From positions 320,001 through 384,000 of the forward strand of contig CAVTMK010000004.1 in the NCBI GenBank assembly GCA_963735805.1: a stretch of DNA of 64,000 bases, read 5' to 3'. Numbering within the stretch: the first letter of the stretch is position 1; each line of letters begins with the position of its first letter. A program made the translations under genes and the position numbers. Positions 40,787 to 51,114 of the stretch are shown piece by piece. This DNA comes from an uncultured Verrucomicrobiae bacterium. GTDB taxonomy: Bacteria; Verrucomicrobiota; Verrucomicrobiia; Chthoniobacterales; UBA10450. Below the pieces are notes generated by a model that was given only the letters and a program-made list of their open reading frames with translations, was not told the DNA's origin and did not search any database.

Positions 40787-41824
40787 ATGTTCAACGGACT
40801 TTTCGGCTGGTTATCCAGCGACATCGGGATCGATCTGGGTACGGCAAACACACTTGTTTACGTAAAGGATCAAGGGATCGTGCTTCGCGAGCCATCAGTG
40901 GTGGCCGTACAGGCTGGCACCAACCGAGTGCTGGCTGTCGGTGATGAAGCCAAGCGCATGCTCGGCCGCACACCGGCAAACATCGTCGCGGTCCGGCCGC
41001 TTAAAGATGGAGTCATTGCGGACTTCGAAGTGACAGAAGCGATGCTGCGCCACTTCATCACTAAAGTGCACAATCGCCGGGTAAAGGCTAGACCGCGTGT
41101 TGTTATCGCCGTGCCGTCCGGAATCACGGAAGTGGAAAAGCGGGCTGTGCGTGAATCGGCGACCCATGCCGGAGCGCGTGAGGTTTATTTGATCGAAGAA
41201 CCAATGGCCGCCGCGATTGGAGTGGGACTTCCGGTACAGGATCCGGCGGGTAACATGATTATCGATATTGGAGGGGGCACGACGGAGGTCGCACTTATTT
41301 CGCTGTCGGGGATTGTGTTTAGTCGAAGCGTGCGCGTCGCCGGCGACGAACTGGACGAGGCGATCGTGCAGTATATGAAGCGCGCCTACAATCTGATGGT
41401 TGGTGAACGTACAGCCGAGGAGATAAAGATTAAGATTGGGTCTGCATATCCGAGCGAAAAGGAGACCAGCGTCGAGGTTAAGGGACGCGACCTGGTCGCC
41501 GGTTTGCCTAAAACGTTAATGATCACTTCACAGGAAGTGCGCGAAGCGTTGCTTGAACCGATCTCGACAATTGTCGATTCTGTGCGGATCACCCTCGAAC
41601 GTTGCCCGCCTGAGCTTTCGGCAGACCTCGTTGATCGCGGGCTGGTGCTGGCGGGCGGCGGCGCGCTACTGCGGGGCTTCGACAAGCTTTTGAGCGAGGA
41701 AACAGGCTTGCCTGTCCATGTTGCTGAAGATCCGCTCAGCGCCGTGGCGGAAGGGACCGGCAAATGCCTCAATGAACTTAAATTCTTGCGTCAAGTGGCC
41801 TCGGCAGATCGCCAGTGGCGGTAG
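40787..41824 (+). CDS. mreB: Rod shape-determining protein MreB
   Basis: [42 protein letters not shown]. Confidence 0.98.
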   Translation: MFNGLFGWLSSDIGIDLGTANTLVYVKDQGIVLREPSVVAVQAGTNRVLAVGDEAKRMLGRTPANIVAVRPLKDGVIADFEVTEAMLRHFITKVHNRRVKARPRVVIAVPSGITEVEKRAVRESATHAGAREVYLIEEPMAAAIGVGLPVQDPAGNMIIDIGGGTTEVALISLSGIVFSRSVRVAGDELDEAIVQYMKRAYNLMVGERTAEEIKIKIGSAYPSEKETSVEVKGRDLVAGLPKTLMITSQEVREALLEPISTIVDSVRITLERCPPELSADLVDRGLVLAGGGALLRGFDKLLSEETGLPVHVAEDPLSAVAEGTGKCLNELKFLRQVASADRQWR

Positions 41825-41929
41825 GAAGAATTGCGGATTCGCGATCTCGCATTGCGGACTGATGTCGATTCTTGCGCAGATATCGACCCTGTTTAATCCG
41901 CGATCTACAATTCGTAATCCGCAATTGCG

Positions 41930-42733
41930 ATGAGCCGCACTAATATCATCGCCTTGCTGATTTTCGGCGCGATTCTGGGATACTTTCTCAGCTTCGGCCC
42001 GACGACCACCCAGAAGTTCAAGGCTGGTGTGTATCAGTTGTTGGCGCCGTTTTTCACCGGAGGCTCCGGAATAAAAAAGCAGATTACATCGGTGCGTTCA
42101 GGTTTGAAGTCGCTCGATCAATTAGAGCATGAAAATACTGCCTTACAGGTGGAAAACCGAGAACTGAGGGCGACTAACCAGGGTTTACGGGATGCCGAGG
42201 GTGAGGTGAATCGCCTGCGCCATGCTCTTAATTATCGTGAGCGCTCAGTCTTCAAGTTGATCGCCGCGGAAATTGTTGCGCGTGATTCCTCGACCTGGTG
42301 GCGAACGGTTACGATTAATCGCGGTAAGAGAGATGGCATAGAAATCGACATGGCTGTCGCAACCGATGAGGGGTTAGTGGGAAAAATCACCACCGTCAGC
42401 GAGAGCGTCTCAGTTGTTTTGTTGGTTTCCGATGAAAACTGCCGGGTCGCGGCAAAGGTTGAAGGAAGTCGAGAACAGGGGATCGTCTCTGGCGAACGGG
42501 TAACGACGGGACTCACCCCGGTTTTGAACCTGAATTTTCTGTCAAAGCAGGCTGACCTGAAGCCTGGTCAAAAAGTTTATACTTCGGGAGTTGGCGGGGT
42601 GTTCCCGTCGGGTCTGCTGATTGGCTCTGTGAAAACCTTCCGCGTACGAGAACTGGATGGTCAAGCACAACTTACGCCCGCGGTCGATTTGTCGCATCTG
42701 GAGGATGTGTTCGTAGTGACTGGCCGAAAATGA
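41930..42733 (+). CDS. mreC: Rod shape-determining protein MreC
   Basis: TM helix plus coiled coil, INRG..DG, GLVG, TSGVGGVFPSG..IG. Confidence 0.93.
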   Translation: MSRTNIIALLIFGAILGYFLSFGPTTTQKFKAGVYQLLAPFFTGGSGIKKQITSVRSGLKSLDQLEHENTALQVENRELRATNQGLRDAEGEVNRLRHALNYRERSVFKLIAAEIVARDSSTWWRTVTINRGKRDGIEIDMAVATDEGLVGKITTVSESVSVVLLVSDENCRVAAKVEGSREQGIVSGERVTTGLTPVLNLNFLSKQADLKPGQKVYTSGVGGVFPSGLLIGSVKTFRVRELDGQAQLTPAVDLSHLEDVFVVTGRK

Positions 42734-43272
42734 TTTTCTTTTTTGTTTTGCTCCTACTTGTCTTGGTGGCGCAGATTGCGGAGTTTTTTATTCCGGCGTT
42801 ACCCTGGCTTTGCAACGCGCACGTGTACATTGCGCCTGTGATTGTTTTCTATGGTGCAATGGCCCTGCCGTTTCCCCTCATGCTCGCGCTCGCTCTGTAT
42901 GCCGGGATTTTGCTGGATGCCATGACCGTGCAGGTAATCGGAGGGAAAGTTGAAATTTCAACTGGATCATCGATACTCATTTACGGTGTACTCGCAGGAG
43001 TAATGCATGGGCTTAGACCGCTGTTTGCACGCGGGCGTTGGGAAGTGCACTGCGTTCTGAGCGGCGTGTTCACCTCATTGATAGTTCTGGCGCAATATTT
43101 AATGATTACGTTCCGCCGCGGTTCTATTGTTTTCACCCGCGAAATTTGGTGGCAGATCGGCGGGCCCGGGCTCATTGCCATGGCTATGGCCCCCATTCTT
43201 TTCTGGTTTTTACAGTGGATAGGACGGATTACCGCTTACTCCTATCAACCGGAAAGGGGGCGACTTGAATGA
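42730..43272 (+). CDS. mreD: Rod shape-determining protein MreD (putative)
   Basis: Hydrophobic multi-TM 180-aa ORF between mreC and mrdA, with overlapping stop/start codons. Confidence 0.7.
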   Translation: MIFFFVLLLLVLVAQIAEFFIPALPWLCNAHVYIAPVIVFYGAMALPFPLMLALALYAGILLDAMTVQVIGGKVEISTGSSILIYGVLAGVMHGLRPLFARGRWEVHCVLSGVFTSLIVLAQYLMITFRRGSIVFTREIWWQIGGPGLIAMAMAPILFWFLQWIGRITAYSYQPERGRLE

Positions 43273-45545
43273 ACAGGCGCCGTGTGACTTCGCGTGTGCG
43301 GATTCAATTGGTCGGGGTCCTTATGCTGATGGGTTTGGGCGCGCTCGGTCTCAAGCTTTGGTGGATCCAGGTGGCACATGGCCAGGACTGGACTTCCCAG
43401 CTCCGAGGTAGCTCCCAGGCGACGGTGCGCATTCCATCTGTGCGTGGCGAGATCAAAGACCGCAATGGCGTCACCCTAGTCCAGAACCGGGCGAGTTATG
43501 AGGTTGATTTTTATTTGCCAGAAATGGTCAAAGGCTATCGGGAGCGCTTCGGTTCGCCGCCCACGGCCGAGTATCGAGCGACCATTAATGGAATGCCAAA
43601 GGACCTGAAGGAACCGGACATTATCAAGATCGTTAATAATGGCGTCGTCCCACGCCTCAACGACCTCGATCTGGCGCGCGATTACAACGCGGGCAAGTTG
43701 CAAAAGCATTATCGCAACGATACCGAAGTTCCGTTTTCCTACGTTAAAGACATCGATTTTCCAACTTTGGCGAAATTTTCCGAGCACGATGTCGGCTTGC
43801 CCGGAGTGGAATTGGCGATCAAACCCGTACGTTCTTACGTTTACGGTGCGCTTGCTGCGCATCTTTTGGGTTACGTCGGCTTGCCAGACGACGTGGATAA
43901 GGAGGACGCGAAGAAATTCACGTTTTACCAGGGAGACGTGGAAGGGAAATCGAACGTCGAAAAAATCATGGATGAATATCTGCGCGGAAAACCTGGGGTG
44001 CGTTATTTACGGCGCAATGCAAAGGGAACCATTGATGGCGTTCTGCGGGAAGATCCCCCGGAGCAAGGCGCCAATGTTTTGCTGACTATCGATGCGCGCA
44101 TTCAGGCGATTACAGAGGAAGCGTTGCGCGCAGTGAGTCGGGCCGGCGCGGTAGTTGTCGATCCGAACAATGGCAACATTCTGGCGGCGGCTTCGGTGCC
44201 CTCCTTTGATCCGAATACCTTTATCCCGAGCATCAAGGCGAAAGATTGGCAAGCCCTGCAGAAGGACGAGGGCGATCCGTTGGTCAACCGCGCGATTAGT
44301 TGCCTGCCACCGGGCTCGACATTCAAGCTCATCACGGCACTCGCCGGATTGCGGGGCACTAAAAATCTCGCAGGCGCCAAGTACAGCTGCGGTGGCGGGG
44401 TGAGTTACGGCGACCATTTTTTCCGATGCTGGGTCGCCGAAAAACATTACACGCACGGGACCATCGGAGTCGCCGATGCGCTCAAGGTTTCATGTGATTC
44501 CTTTTTCTATCAATATGGCAACGCGGCCGGGATTCAGTCGATTGACGCCGTTGGCAAGATGTTAGGCATGGGCGAAGAATCGGGTTTGCACCTGTCAGGC
44601 GAACAAACCGGCAATATGCCAGGGCCTGAGTGGATGCAGATTCACCATCCTCAGGAGAGATGGTCACAAGCTCAAACCGCCAATGTTTCAATCGGTCAGG
44701 GATACACGCTGGTTTCGCCCTTGCAATTGGCAATGGCCTATGTGGCGATCGCAAATGGTGGCATGTGCTATTACCCGCGCTTGATCGACAAAGTTTTGAA
44801 GCAAGACGGTACTCCGGTGTTAGATGAACAAGGAAATCCGGCAGCGCCACCACCGCGTGTGCGATCTGATTTGCGCCAGGAAATCTCCCCTGAACACATC
44901 GAGCTGGTTCGCAAAGGTCTTTGGAAGGTCGTTAATGAAGATGGTGGCACCGGCGGCAGAGCACGTTTGAAAGAGTGGGTCGTAGCGGGGAAGACTGGTA
45001 CGGCGCAAGCAACTGACCGTGGACAAGAGGAAAACGTGGCGTGGTTCGTGTGTTTCGCGCCCTTTGACCATCCGAAATACGTCGTCGCAGTGATGGTGCA
45101 GGGCGCCTCCGGACACGGCGGCGAAGTCGCGGGGCCGATCGCCGACAGAATCTTGGAGCGCTCGCTCGCGCTGGATGAAGGCAAATTTGACATGCAGGTG
45201 GCCTGGCTCCCGCCCGCGCATCACGCCAATCCACTCCAATTGATCAAATCGGTGTCTTTTAATGACAAAGGCGGGAATCTCGGCAGCCAGGACGAAGAAA
45301 ATGCCCCCGACTCGCCAACCGGCACCGCGCAGATGGCAAGCTCAGACGCATCGCCTGATGTCGAACCGGAAGCGGATTCTCAAGGCAAAGTGCGCAAGCG
45401 AGGCCCCGCAGTGGCTCGCGCCCTGCCCGCTGCGACGCCAGTTCCCCGCAATTTCTTTCAACGGCTTTTCGGAGTGCGCCGTCAACCGGCGCCTGCACCA
45501 CCGCCGCAGCCGCCTAACCGCCGGCGTGGAACACCACCACGATGA
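43269..45545 (+). CDS. mrdA: Penicillin-binding protein 2
   Basis: RGEIKDRNG, PPGSTFK (SxxK), SCD, SIGQG, AGKTGTAQ. Confidence 0.93.
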   Translation: MNRRRVTSRVRIQLVGVLMLMGLGALGLKLWWIQVAHGQDWTSQLRGSSQATVRIPSVRGEIKDRNGVTLVQNRASYEVDFYLPEMVKGYRERFGSPPTAEYRATINGMPKDLKEPDIIKIVNNGVVPRLNDLDLARDYNAGKLQKHYRNDTEVPFSYVKDIDFPTLAKFSEHDVGLPGVELAIKPVRSYVYGALAAHLLGYVGLPDDVDKEDAKKFTFYQGDVEGKSNVEKIMDEYLRGKPGVRYLRRNAKGTIDGVLREDPPEQGANVLLTIDARIQAITEEALRAVSRAGAVVVDPNNGNILAAASVPSFDPNTFIPSIKAKDWQALQKDEGDPLVNRAISCLPPGSTFKLITALAGLRGTKNLAGAKYSCGGGVSYGDHFFRCWVAEKHYTHGTIGVADALKVSCDSFFYQYGNAAGIQSIDAVGKMLGMGEESGLHLSGEQTGNMPGPEWMQIHHPQERWSQAQTANVSIGQGYTLVSPLQLAMAYVAIANGGMCYYPRLIDKVLKQDGTPVLDEQGNPAAPPPRVRSDLRQEISPEHIELVRKGLWKVVNEDGGTGGRARLKEWVVAGKTGTAQATDRGQEENVAWFVCFAPFDHPKYVVAVMVQGASGHGGEVAGPIADRILERSLALDEGKFDMQVAWLPPAHHANPLQLIKSVSFNDKGGNLGSQDEENAPDSPTGTAQMASSDASPDVEPEADSQGKVRKRGPAVARALPAATPVPRNFFQRLFGVRRQPAPAPPPQPPNRRRGTPPR

Positions 45546-45617
45546 ACACCCGACCAGAATCATCGCTGCAGTGCATTTGGTCAGTTCCGCTTCTGATCGG
45601 ACAACCCTTTTCGTTTT

Positions 45618-47192
45618 ATGATAGACAAAGTAAGAAAACTTTTGGGTCTTTCCTCACGAAAGACCGGCAAGAAACTCATACTCAGTGTGGAAAAGCTCGA
45701 GTCTCGGGTGGCCCTGCTCGAGAATGGACGACTGGAGGAATACAGCGTCGAGCGTAAGAGCTCACGGAATATCGTCAGCAGCGTTTATAAGGGTAAAGTT
45801 AAAAACATCGAGATGGGGTTGAAGGCGATGTTTGTTGACATCGGCTTCGAGAAAAACGCGTTCCTTCATTTTTGGGACGCAATTCCGGCTGCGCTCGACA
45901 GTGGGATTGAGGAAATCGATCGCCGTGGCAGCAAGCGCCCCAGAAAACGGATCACTGTCAAAGACATACCGAGTATTTATCCAGTCGGCTCGGATGTGAT
46001 CGTACAGGTAACCAAGGGCCCCATTGGTACAAAAGGACCACGGGTGACGACCAATCTTAGTTTTGCCGGACGCTACCTGGTGCTAATGCCATTCAGCGAT
46101 CGAAGTGGCATTTCGCGAAAAATTGAGAACCAGAAAGAGCGTGACCGATTGCGGAAGATTGTCCGGGAACTGGAGATTCCCGACGGCGTCGGAGTGATTA
46201 TCCGCACTGTCGGCGAAGGTCAGCGGGCGAGGTATTTCGTGAGAGATTTGCGTTTCCTTCTGGATCAGTGGGCTCAGGTTGAGCAACTCATTCGCGAACA
46301 ACCCGCTCCCTGCCGTCTCTTTGAGGAGCCGGATCTCATCGGTCGGACAGTGCGCGATTTTCTCACCGAGGAAATCGACGAAGTCCTTTGCGATGATCGT
46401 GCTTCAACGGAACGGATGACTGAAATGATCGGCCAGATCTCACGGCGCGCTCGAAATCGTGTCCATCATTACGATGGAGCGATGCCGATTTTTGAAACTC
46501 ACGGAGTGCAAAAACAAATCGATGACGCTTTCCATCGCCAGGTTTGGCTGAAGTGCGGTGGTTACATTGTAATCGACGAGACCGAAGCGCTGGTGGCGAT
46601 TGACGTCAATACAGGGCGGAACAAAGGCGGACGCGACGTGGAGAAGACAATTTTTCAGACGAATCTTGAGGCGGCGGATGAAATCGCCCGCCAGCTTCGA
46701 CTACGCAATATCGGTGGGCTGATCATAGCCGATTTTATCGATATGAAGAGCCGCAAAGACCAGCAGGCAGTCTACAGTTTGATGAAGGAGCGGCTCAATC
46801 GCGATAAAGCAAAGACACACGTTCTTCCCATTTCCCAGCTCGGTCTGATGGAAATGACCCGCCAAAGAGCACAGGAAAGCCTGAGCGACACTATTTACGA
46901 GAATTGTCCCTATTGCGGAGGGCGGGGAGTAGTGAAGACCTCCATGTCCACCAGCGTAGAATTGCATCGGACTCTCAATACCGTCATGCGCAAGTACCAG
47001 GACAGCATTCACGACATCCGGGTGATTTTGAATCCCGGTGTACTGAAACGGTTAAAGGAAGAAGACGAAGAATTGTTGGTGGAGTTAGAGCGTCGTTACG
47101 CGAGTCGGCTTACTTTTCGCGGCGATCCCACATTTCACCACGAAAAGTTCGTCATTACCGACGCGAATACCGGGACAGAACTGCACTCGTAA
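45618..47192 (+). CDS. rng: Ribonuclease E/G family (Rne/Rng)
   Basis: S1 domain FVDIG.EKNAFLH, KGPRVTT, IDVNTG, IARQLRLRNIGG.I..DFIDM, CPYC.GRG. Confidence 0.92.
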   Translation: MIDKVRKLLGLSSRKTGKKLILSVEKLESRVALLENGRLEEYSVERKSSRNIVSSVYKGKVKNIEMGLKAMFVDIGFEKNAFLHFWDAIPAALDSGIEEIDRRGSKRPRKRITVKDIPSIYPVGSDVIVQVTKGPIGTKGPRVTTNLSFAGRYLVLMPFSDRSGISRKIENQKERDRLRKIVRELEIPDGVGVIIRTVGEGQRARYFVRDLRFLLDQWAQVEQLIREQPAPCRLFEEPDLIGRTVRDFLTEEIDEVLCDDRASTERMTEMIGQISRRARNRVHHYDGAMPIFETHGVQKQIDDAFHRQVWLKCGGYIVIDETEALVAIDVNTGRNKGGRDVEKTIFQTNLEAADEIARQLRLRNIGGLIIADFIDMKSRKDQQAVYSLMKERLNRDKAKTHVLPISQLGLMEMTRQRAQESLSDTIYENCPYCGGRGVVKTSMSTSVELHRTLNTVMRKYQDSIHDIRVILNPGVLKRLKEEDEELLVELERRYASRLTFRGDPTFHHEKFVITDANTGTELHS

Positions 47193-47349
47193 GGCGGCGT
47201 CGTACACCAAAAACTCCTTGCAATCTCCAGAGGCTGGCCCAAGAGTCCGGCATCCAGGGTAGGAACGAGTTTCGTTATTTACCTGACGTGTTCCAAAGGA
47301 GTGTTTGGAGCTAAAAACTGAGGGGAGACTTAACCAAAGGAGAAATAGG

Positions 47350-48033
47350 ATGAAAAAATCAGTGGTGGGGCTGTTATGCATCGCTGCACTCACTTCGGCA
47401 GCGCTTGCCGGGACTGAAACGTATTCGGGAAAGGAAATGAAACAGGTGGCGCCGCCACCCTGTCCGCAATGGTACGCAGACAACGAGTTTAACGTCAGTC
47501 TGTGGGGTACGTACATTTTCACGGGAAACAATTGGCAGGACGACCGCTACCTCGAATCCGATCACGCATTCGGCGGTGGTATAGACCTCAAATACTTTTT
47601 CCACCGGTATTTTGGTCTCGGTATTGAAGGATGGGCGGTAGATGCCCGGCGCACATTTGAGGATGTTTTCGTCGATCTTAATAACGGCGTATTTGAGTCC
47701 GGCACCCGACACGAGAATCGTGCAGTGGGTTCCGTTTTAGGCACGTTGACGCTGCGCTACCCGATTCCTTGCACGCGATTCTCGCCTTACATTTTTGGCG
47801 GAGGCGGCGGCATCTTCGGCGGTGGCGAAAAGACAAATGTTGTCGTAAACGACGGAATCATTCGCACTGACCAAACCGGTTCTGAGTCGCGGGCAATTGG
47901 CCAGGTCGGCGGGGGCATGGAAGTTCGGTTGACCCCACATATCGGCTGGGTCAGTGATTTCAGCTGGAATTTTGTTGATGGACCGAAGAATAACTTTGGC
48001 ATGGTTCGCACTGGCGTTAACTTCGCCTTCTAA
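47350..48033 (+). CDS. Outer-membrane beta-barrel protein
   Basis: Signal peptide, SGKEMKQVAPPPCP linker, alternating beta-strands, C-terminal Phe (VNFAF). Confidence 0.8.
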   Translation: MKKSVVGLLCIAALTSAALAGTETYSGKEMKQVAPPPCPQWYADNEFNVSLWGTYIFTGNNWQDDRYLESDHAFGGGIDLKYFFHRYFGLGIEGWAVDARRTFEDVFVDLNNGVFESGTRHENRAVGSVLGTLTLRYPIPCTRFSPYIFGGGGGIFGGGEKTNVVVNDGIIRTDQTGSESRAIGQVGGGMEVRLTPHIGWVSDFSWNFVDGPKNNFGMVRTGVNFAF

Positions 48034-48055
48034 ATATCGATACTCGGCATTTGCT

Positions 48056-48094
48056 AAAGCGGCGTCTGGAATCTCGGACGCCGCTTTTGTTTTT
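48056..48094 (+). terminator. Rho-independent terminator
   Basis: AAAGCGGCGTC...GACGCCGCTTTT followed by GTTTTT. Confidence 0.8.
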
Positions 48095-48159
48095 GGTCAT
48101 TAGGTTCACCAGCTGCGATTGACGTTTGCGAACGACGGTCTGCGCACGAGATTATTCGG

Positions 48160-49284
48160 ATGTCATTCGTCGAAATACTGGACAATTTGGCTTTACGGAA
48201 ATCGGAGTTGGTCGAGCGCTTCGAACAACTGACCACGCCGAAATCCGATCAAGAGCTCGAAGCGATGGCGCAGACTTCGCGCTTGCTCACTCTTCAAAAT
48301 TTTGGACGCACGATGCGCCTGTTTGCGCCGCTTTATCTTTCCAACGAGTGCGTCAACAACTGCCAGTATTGTGGCTTCTCCCGCGATAATCCAATTCTTC
48401 GCCTCACGCTTGATGTGGACGAAGTGATCGCCGAAGGACAACATCTCGCCCGTCAGGGATTTCGGCAGATTCTTCTTGTGACCGGCGAGCATCCAAAATT
48501 TGTAAGCCACGGTTATCTCGCCGAATGCATCCGCGCTCTTTCGCGTGATTTCTCGTCGATCTCAATCGAGGTAGGCCCGATGGATACGGAGGATTATGTG
48601 CCGATTGTGGAGGCCGGCGCCGAAGGGCTCGTCGTTTATCAGGAGACGTACAATCGCGGAGTCTATGCCGAAATGCATACCGCAGGGCCGAAACGCGATT
48701 TTAATTTTCGGCTGGACTGCGCCGAGCGCGGTTATGAAGCTGGTTTTCGCCGTCTGGGCATAGGCGCGCTGATCGGCCTGTCGCGTTGGCAGGATGAGGC
48801 GATAACGCTCGCGGCGCACCTGGAACATTTATTTAAACACTGCTGGCAGGCGCAAATTACTGTTAGCTTGCCTCGGTTGCGTCCTGCTGCCGGCGGATTT
48901 CGTCCGCTTTTCTCGATGACAGATCGCGAACTGGCGCAATTCGTATGCGCGTTGCGGATCACTTTTCCGCAGCTCGGTATCGTGCTGAGCACTCGTGAGC
49001 GTGCGCCGTTGCGTGACTCACTGGCGTTGATCGGGGTCACAATGATGAGCGCCGGCAGTCACACCGAGCCGGGCGGTTACACTCGACGAGGCCGCGAACA
49101 TCTCCATCGCACCGTGCGTGGTCGCATCGTTGCACCCGATTACCAGGACGGCGAAGATCAGCTCGCCACCGGCCAATTCGAGATCAGCGACGAACGTTCG
49201 CCGGCCAAAATCGCTGCATTTCTTCGCAGCCGAGGCCTCGAACCGGTCTGGAAAGATTGGGATCAAGCCCTTTGCGGAGCGTGA
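48160..49284 (+). CDS. thiH: 2-iminoacetate synthase (radical SAM)
   Basis: FAPLYLSNECVNNCQYCGF, YQETY, SLPRLRP, LSTRE, SAGSHTEPGGY, QFEISDER, WKDWD. Confidence 0.93.
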   Translation: MSFVEILDNLALRKSELVERFEQLTTPKSDQELEAMAQTSRLLTLQNFGRTMRLFAPLYLSNECVNNCQYCGFSRDNPILRLTLDVDEVIAEGQHLARQGFRQILLVTGEHPKFVSHGYLAECIRALSRDFSSISIEVGPMDTEDYVPIVEAGAEGLVVYQETYNRGVYAEMHTAGPKRDFNFRLDCAERGYEAGFRRLGIGALIGLSRWQDEAITLAAHLEHLFKHCWQAQITVSLPRLRPAAGGFRPLFSMTDRELAQFVCALRITFPQLGIVLSTRERAPLRDSLALIGVTMMSAGSHTEPGGYTRRGREHLHRTVRGRIVAPDYQDGEDQLATGQFEISDERSPAKIAAFLRSRGLEPVWKDWDQALCGA

Positions 49285-49481
49285 AGATTTCACTCAACGG
49301 TGAGCCCGTGGACGCGCGAGACGCGAATACGATTGCAGAGCTTGTCGATCGTTACAAACTACCGCCTCAATCAATTTTGGTAGAGCACAACGGCCTTGCC
49401 TTGCATCGATATGAATGGTCGGAACGGCGATTGACCGAAGGAGACCGCATCGAATTCATCCGCGTCGTCGCCGGCGGCTAG
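49281..49481 (+). CDS. thiS: Sulfur carrier protein ThiS
   Basis: 66 aa, LNGE...VEHNG...GDRIEF...VAGG (C-terminal GG); GTG overlaps the thiH stop. Confidence 0.92.
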   Translation: MKISLNGEPVDARDANTIAELVDRYKLPPQSILVEHNGLALHRYEWSERRLTEGDRIEFIRVVAGG

Positions 49482-49504
49482 GAGGCTCGAAGGGGTCGCT
49501 CTGT

Positions 49505-51058
49505 TCAGATTTGACCAGAGCCCTTGACTACGACGCGCATTCCGTCTGCCTGAATGATGGTGACCGGTGTTTGCGGCGCGATGAATTCGCCTTCGGTGAC
49601 AACATCCACAACGTGATCGGCAAAGCGCGCCTTTCCGCTGGGTCGCAAAACAGTCACCGAGGTGCCTTGCATTCCCGGCGTTAACGCGAGCGCAGTCGCG
49701 AATTGACGTGGCACGCCGGCGAGCGATGGACCCGGCGGATTTGAGTCCATTAATGCAAACCGTCGATAAATGCTAGTGCGCGGCAGATAGCGCGCGAGCA
49801 GAACCATGACAATGAATGAACCCACGATTGCGATGAACATGTTGAGCAGCGGTACGGCAAGCATCTTGCCCGTTGGAAAGAAATTCTGACCTGGATACCG
49901 ATCGATCATCGTCCAGAGCAGCGAACCGAGAATGAGAAACACGCCGACCAGACCAAAAACGATCGTCGAATGCGCGAAGAAAAGTACCTCGATCAGCACG
50001 AGAACCAGTCCGAGAATAAAAAGGCCGACGACTTCCCAGCCGGCAAGCCCGGCCAGATAATGGCCGAGAAAGAATAGCGCGAAACAAATTGCGGATATAA
50101 TTCCGGGCCATGTCGCGCCCGGAATTTTGAATTCCAAATATGCACCGAGAATTCCTCCCAGCAGCAGCAACGGTGCGAGTGCAGTGATCCAAAACGCGAT
50201 TTGCTCGAAGCCAGTTGGCTCGATCGTGAAAATGTTACCTTTGAGTCCGGCTTTTTTGGTTAGATCCGCGACCGAATCGACGATGCCTTCTGCCAGGAGC
50301 GATTTGCCATTGATCTGTTCAGTTGCCTCCTGAGCGTTAAAAGTAAGAACCGCTCCTTTCGGATGAACGACGCGGTTGCCGATCTTTACTTCTTTATCCT
50401 TGTTCATGAATGCCTCAGCGACGTCGGGATTGTGTCCATTCTTGGTCGCCGAACCACGGATGAGCGCAGACCAATACGAAATCGTTTTCTCCTTCGCGGT
50501 AGCGGGAAGATCCTCGCCGCTAGGGAGGATCGGTGCGGCGGCGCCTATTGCGCTCACCGGGGCCATATAAATGTGTTTGGTGGCAATGGCGATAAGGGCC
50601 CCGGCAGAACCGGCGTTTGTATTGATGAATGTGTAAGTAGGAATCTTGATTTGATTCAGCGCGTTAACGATGTCGGACGCTGTATCGAGCCGGCCACCAT
50701 ATGTGTTCATGTCGAAAATGATCGCAGACGCTTCGTTGTTCTCGGCTGTTTTCACCGCCCGTCGCAGGAATGCGAGGAGTGAAGGTGCGACTTCGCCGCG
50801 TAACGGGACAACGACCACATCGCCTTTGTGAATTGCCTCGCCAGCACGAGCGGTCATAGGCGCTGCAATGAGGATTGCGGTCGCAACGGCGATGATTATG
50901 CGGAGCGAAGCCCGTTCGAGTTGCTTCGCTCCGTCCGGATAAGCTTGGGAGCGTCGAAGAATCGCGTGCCCTAAACCAACCGTAATTCCGTGGAATCCGT
51001 CGCTTACGCTCGGGATCACCGGAGAACTTCTAGTAGTTATTTGGAAACCAAAGCGCAC
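49505..51058 (-). CDS. nfeD: NfeD-family membrane-bound ClpP-class serine protease; start uncertain (51058, 51019 or later)
   Basis: MNTYGG, AGSAGALIA, IYMAP...IGAAAP, TM bundle (EFKIPG..PGI), C-terminal LRPSGKA...DVVTEGEFI. Confidence 0.88.
   Translation of the reverse strand: MRFGFQITTRSSPVIPSVSDGFHGITVGLGHAILRRSQAYPDGAKQLERASLRIIIAVATAILIAAPMTARAGEAIHKGDVVVVPLRGEVAPSLLAFLRRAVKTAENNEASAIIFDMNTYGGRLDTASDIVNALNQIKIPTYTFINTNAGSAGALIAIATKHIYMAPVSAIGAAAPILPSGEDLPATAKEKTISYWSALIRGSATKNGHNPDVAEAFMNKDKEVKIGNRVVHPKGAVLTFNAQEATEQINGKSLLAEGIVDSVADLTKKAGLKGNIFTIEPTGFEQIAFWITALAPLLLLGGILGAYLEFKIPGATWPGIISAICFALFFLGHYLAGLAGWEVVGLFILGLVLVLIEVLFFAHSTIVFGLVGVFLILGSLLWTMIDRYPGQNFFPTGKMLAVPLLNMFIAIVGSFIVMVLLARYLPRTSIYRRFALMDSNPPGPSLAGVPRQFATALALTPGMQGTSVTVLRPSGKARFADHVVDVVTEGEFIAPQTPVTIIQADGMRVVVKGSGQI
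50895..51019. repeat. REP/MITE-like palindromic element overlapping the nfeD 5' region
   Basis: ATTATGCGGAGCGAAGC ... GTCGCTTACGCTCGGGATCAC; internal perfect 11-bp IR CGGAGCGAAGC/GCTTCGCTCCG. Confidence 0.7.
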
Positions 51059-51114
51059 TGCGTAAGTTTGGCATCGCTTCAAAATCCAAACGAGGCAAAA
51101 ATAATCAGGCGCGC

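Noticed and set aside
48090..48160. Possible TPP riboswitch upstream of thiH
   Set aside because: Too short, and lacks the CUGAGA and ACCUG motifs.
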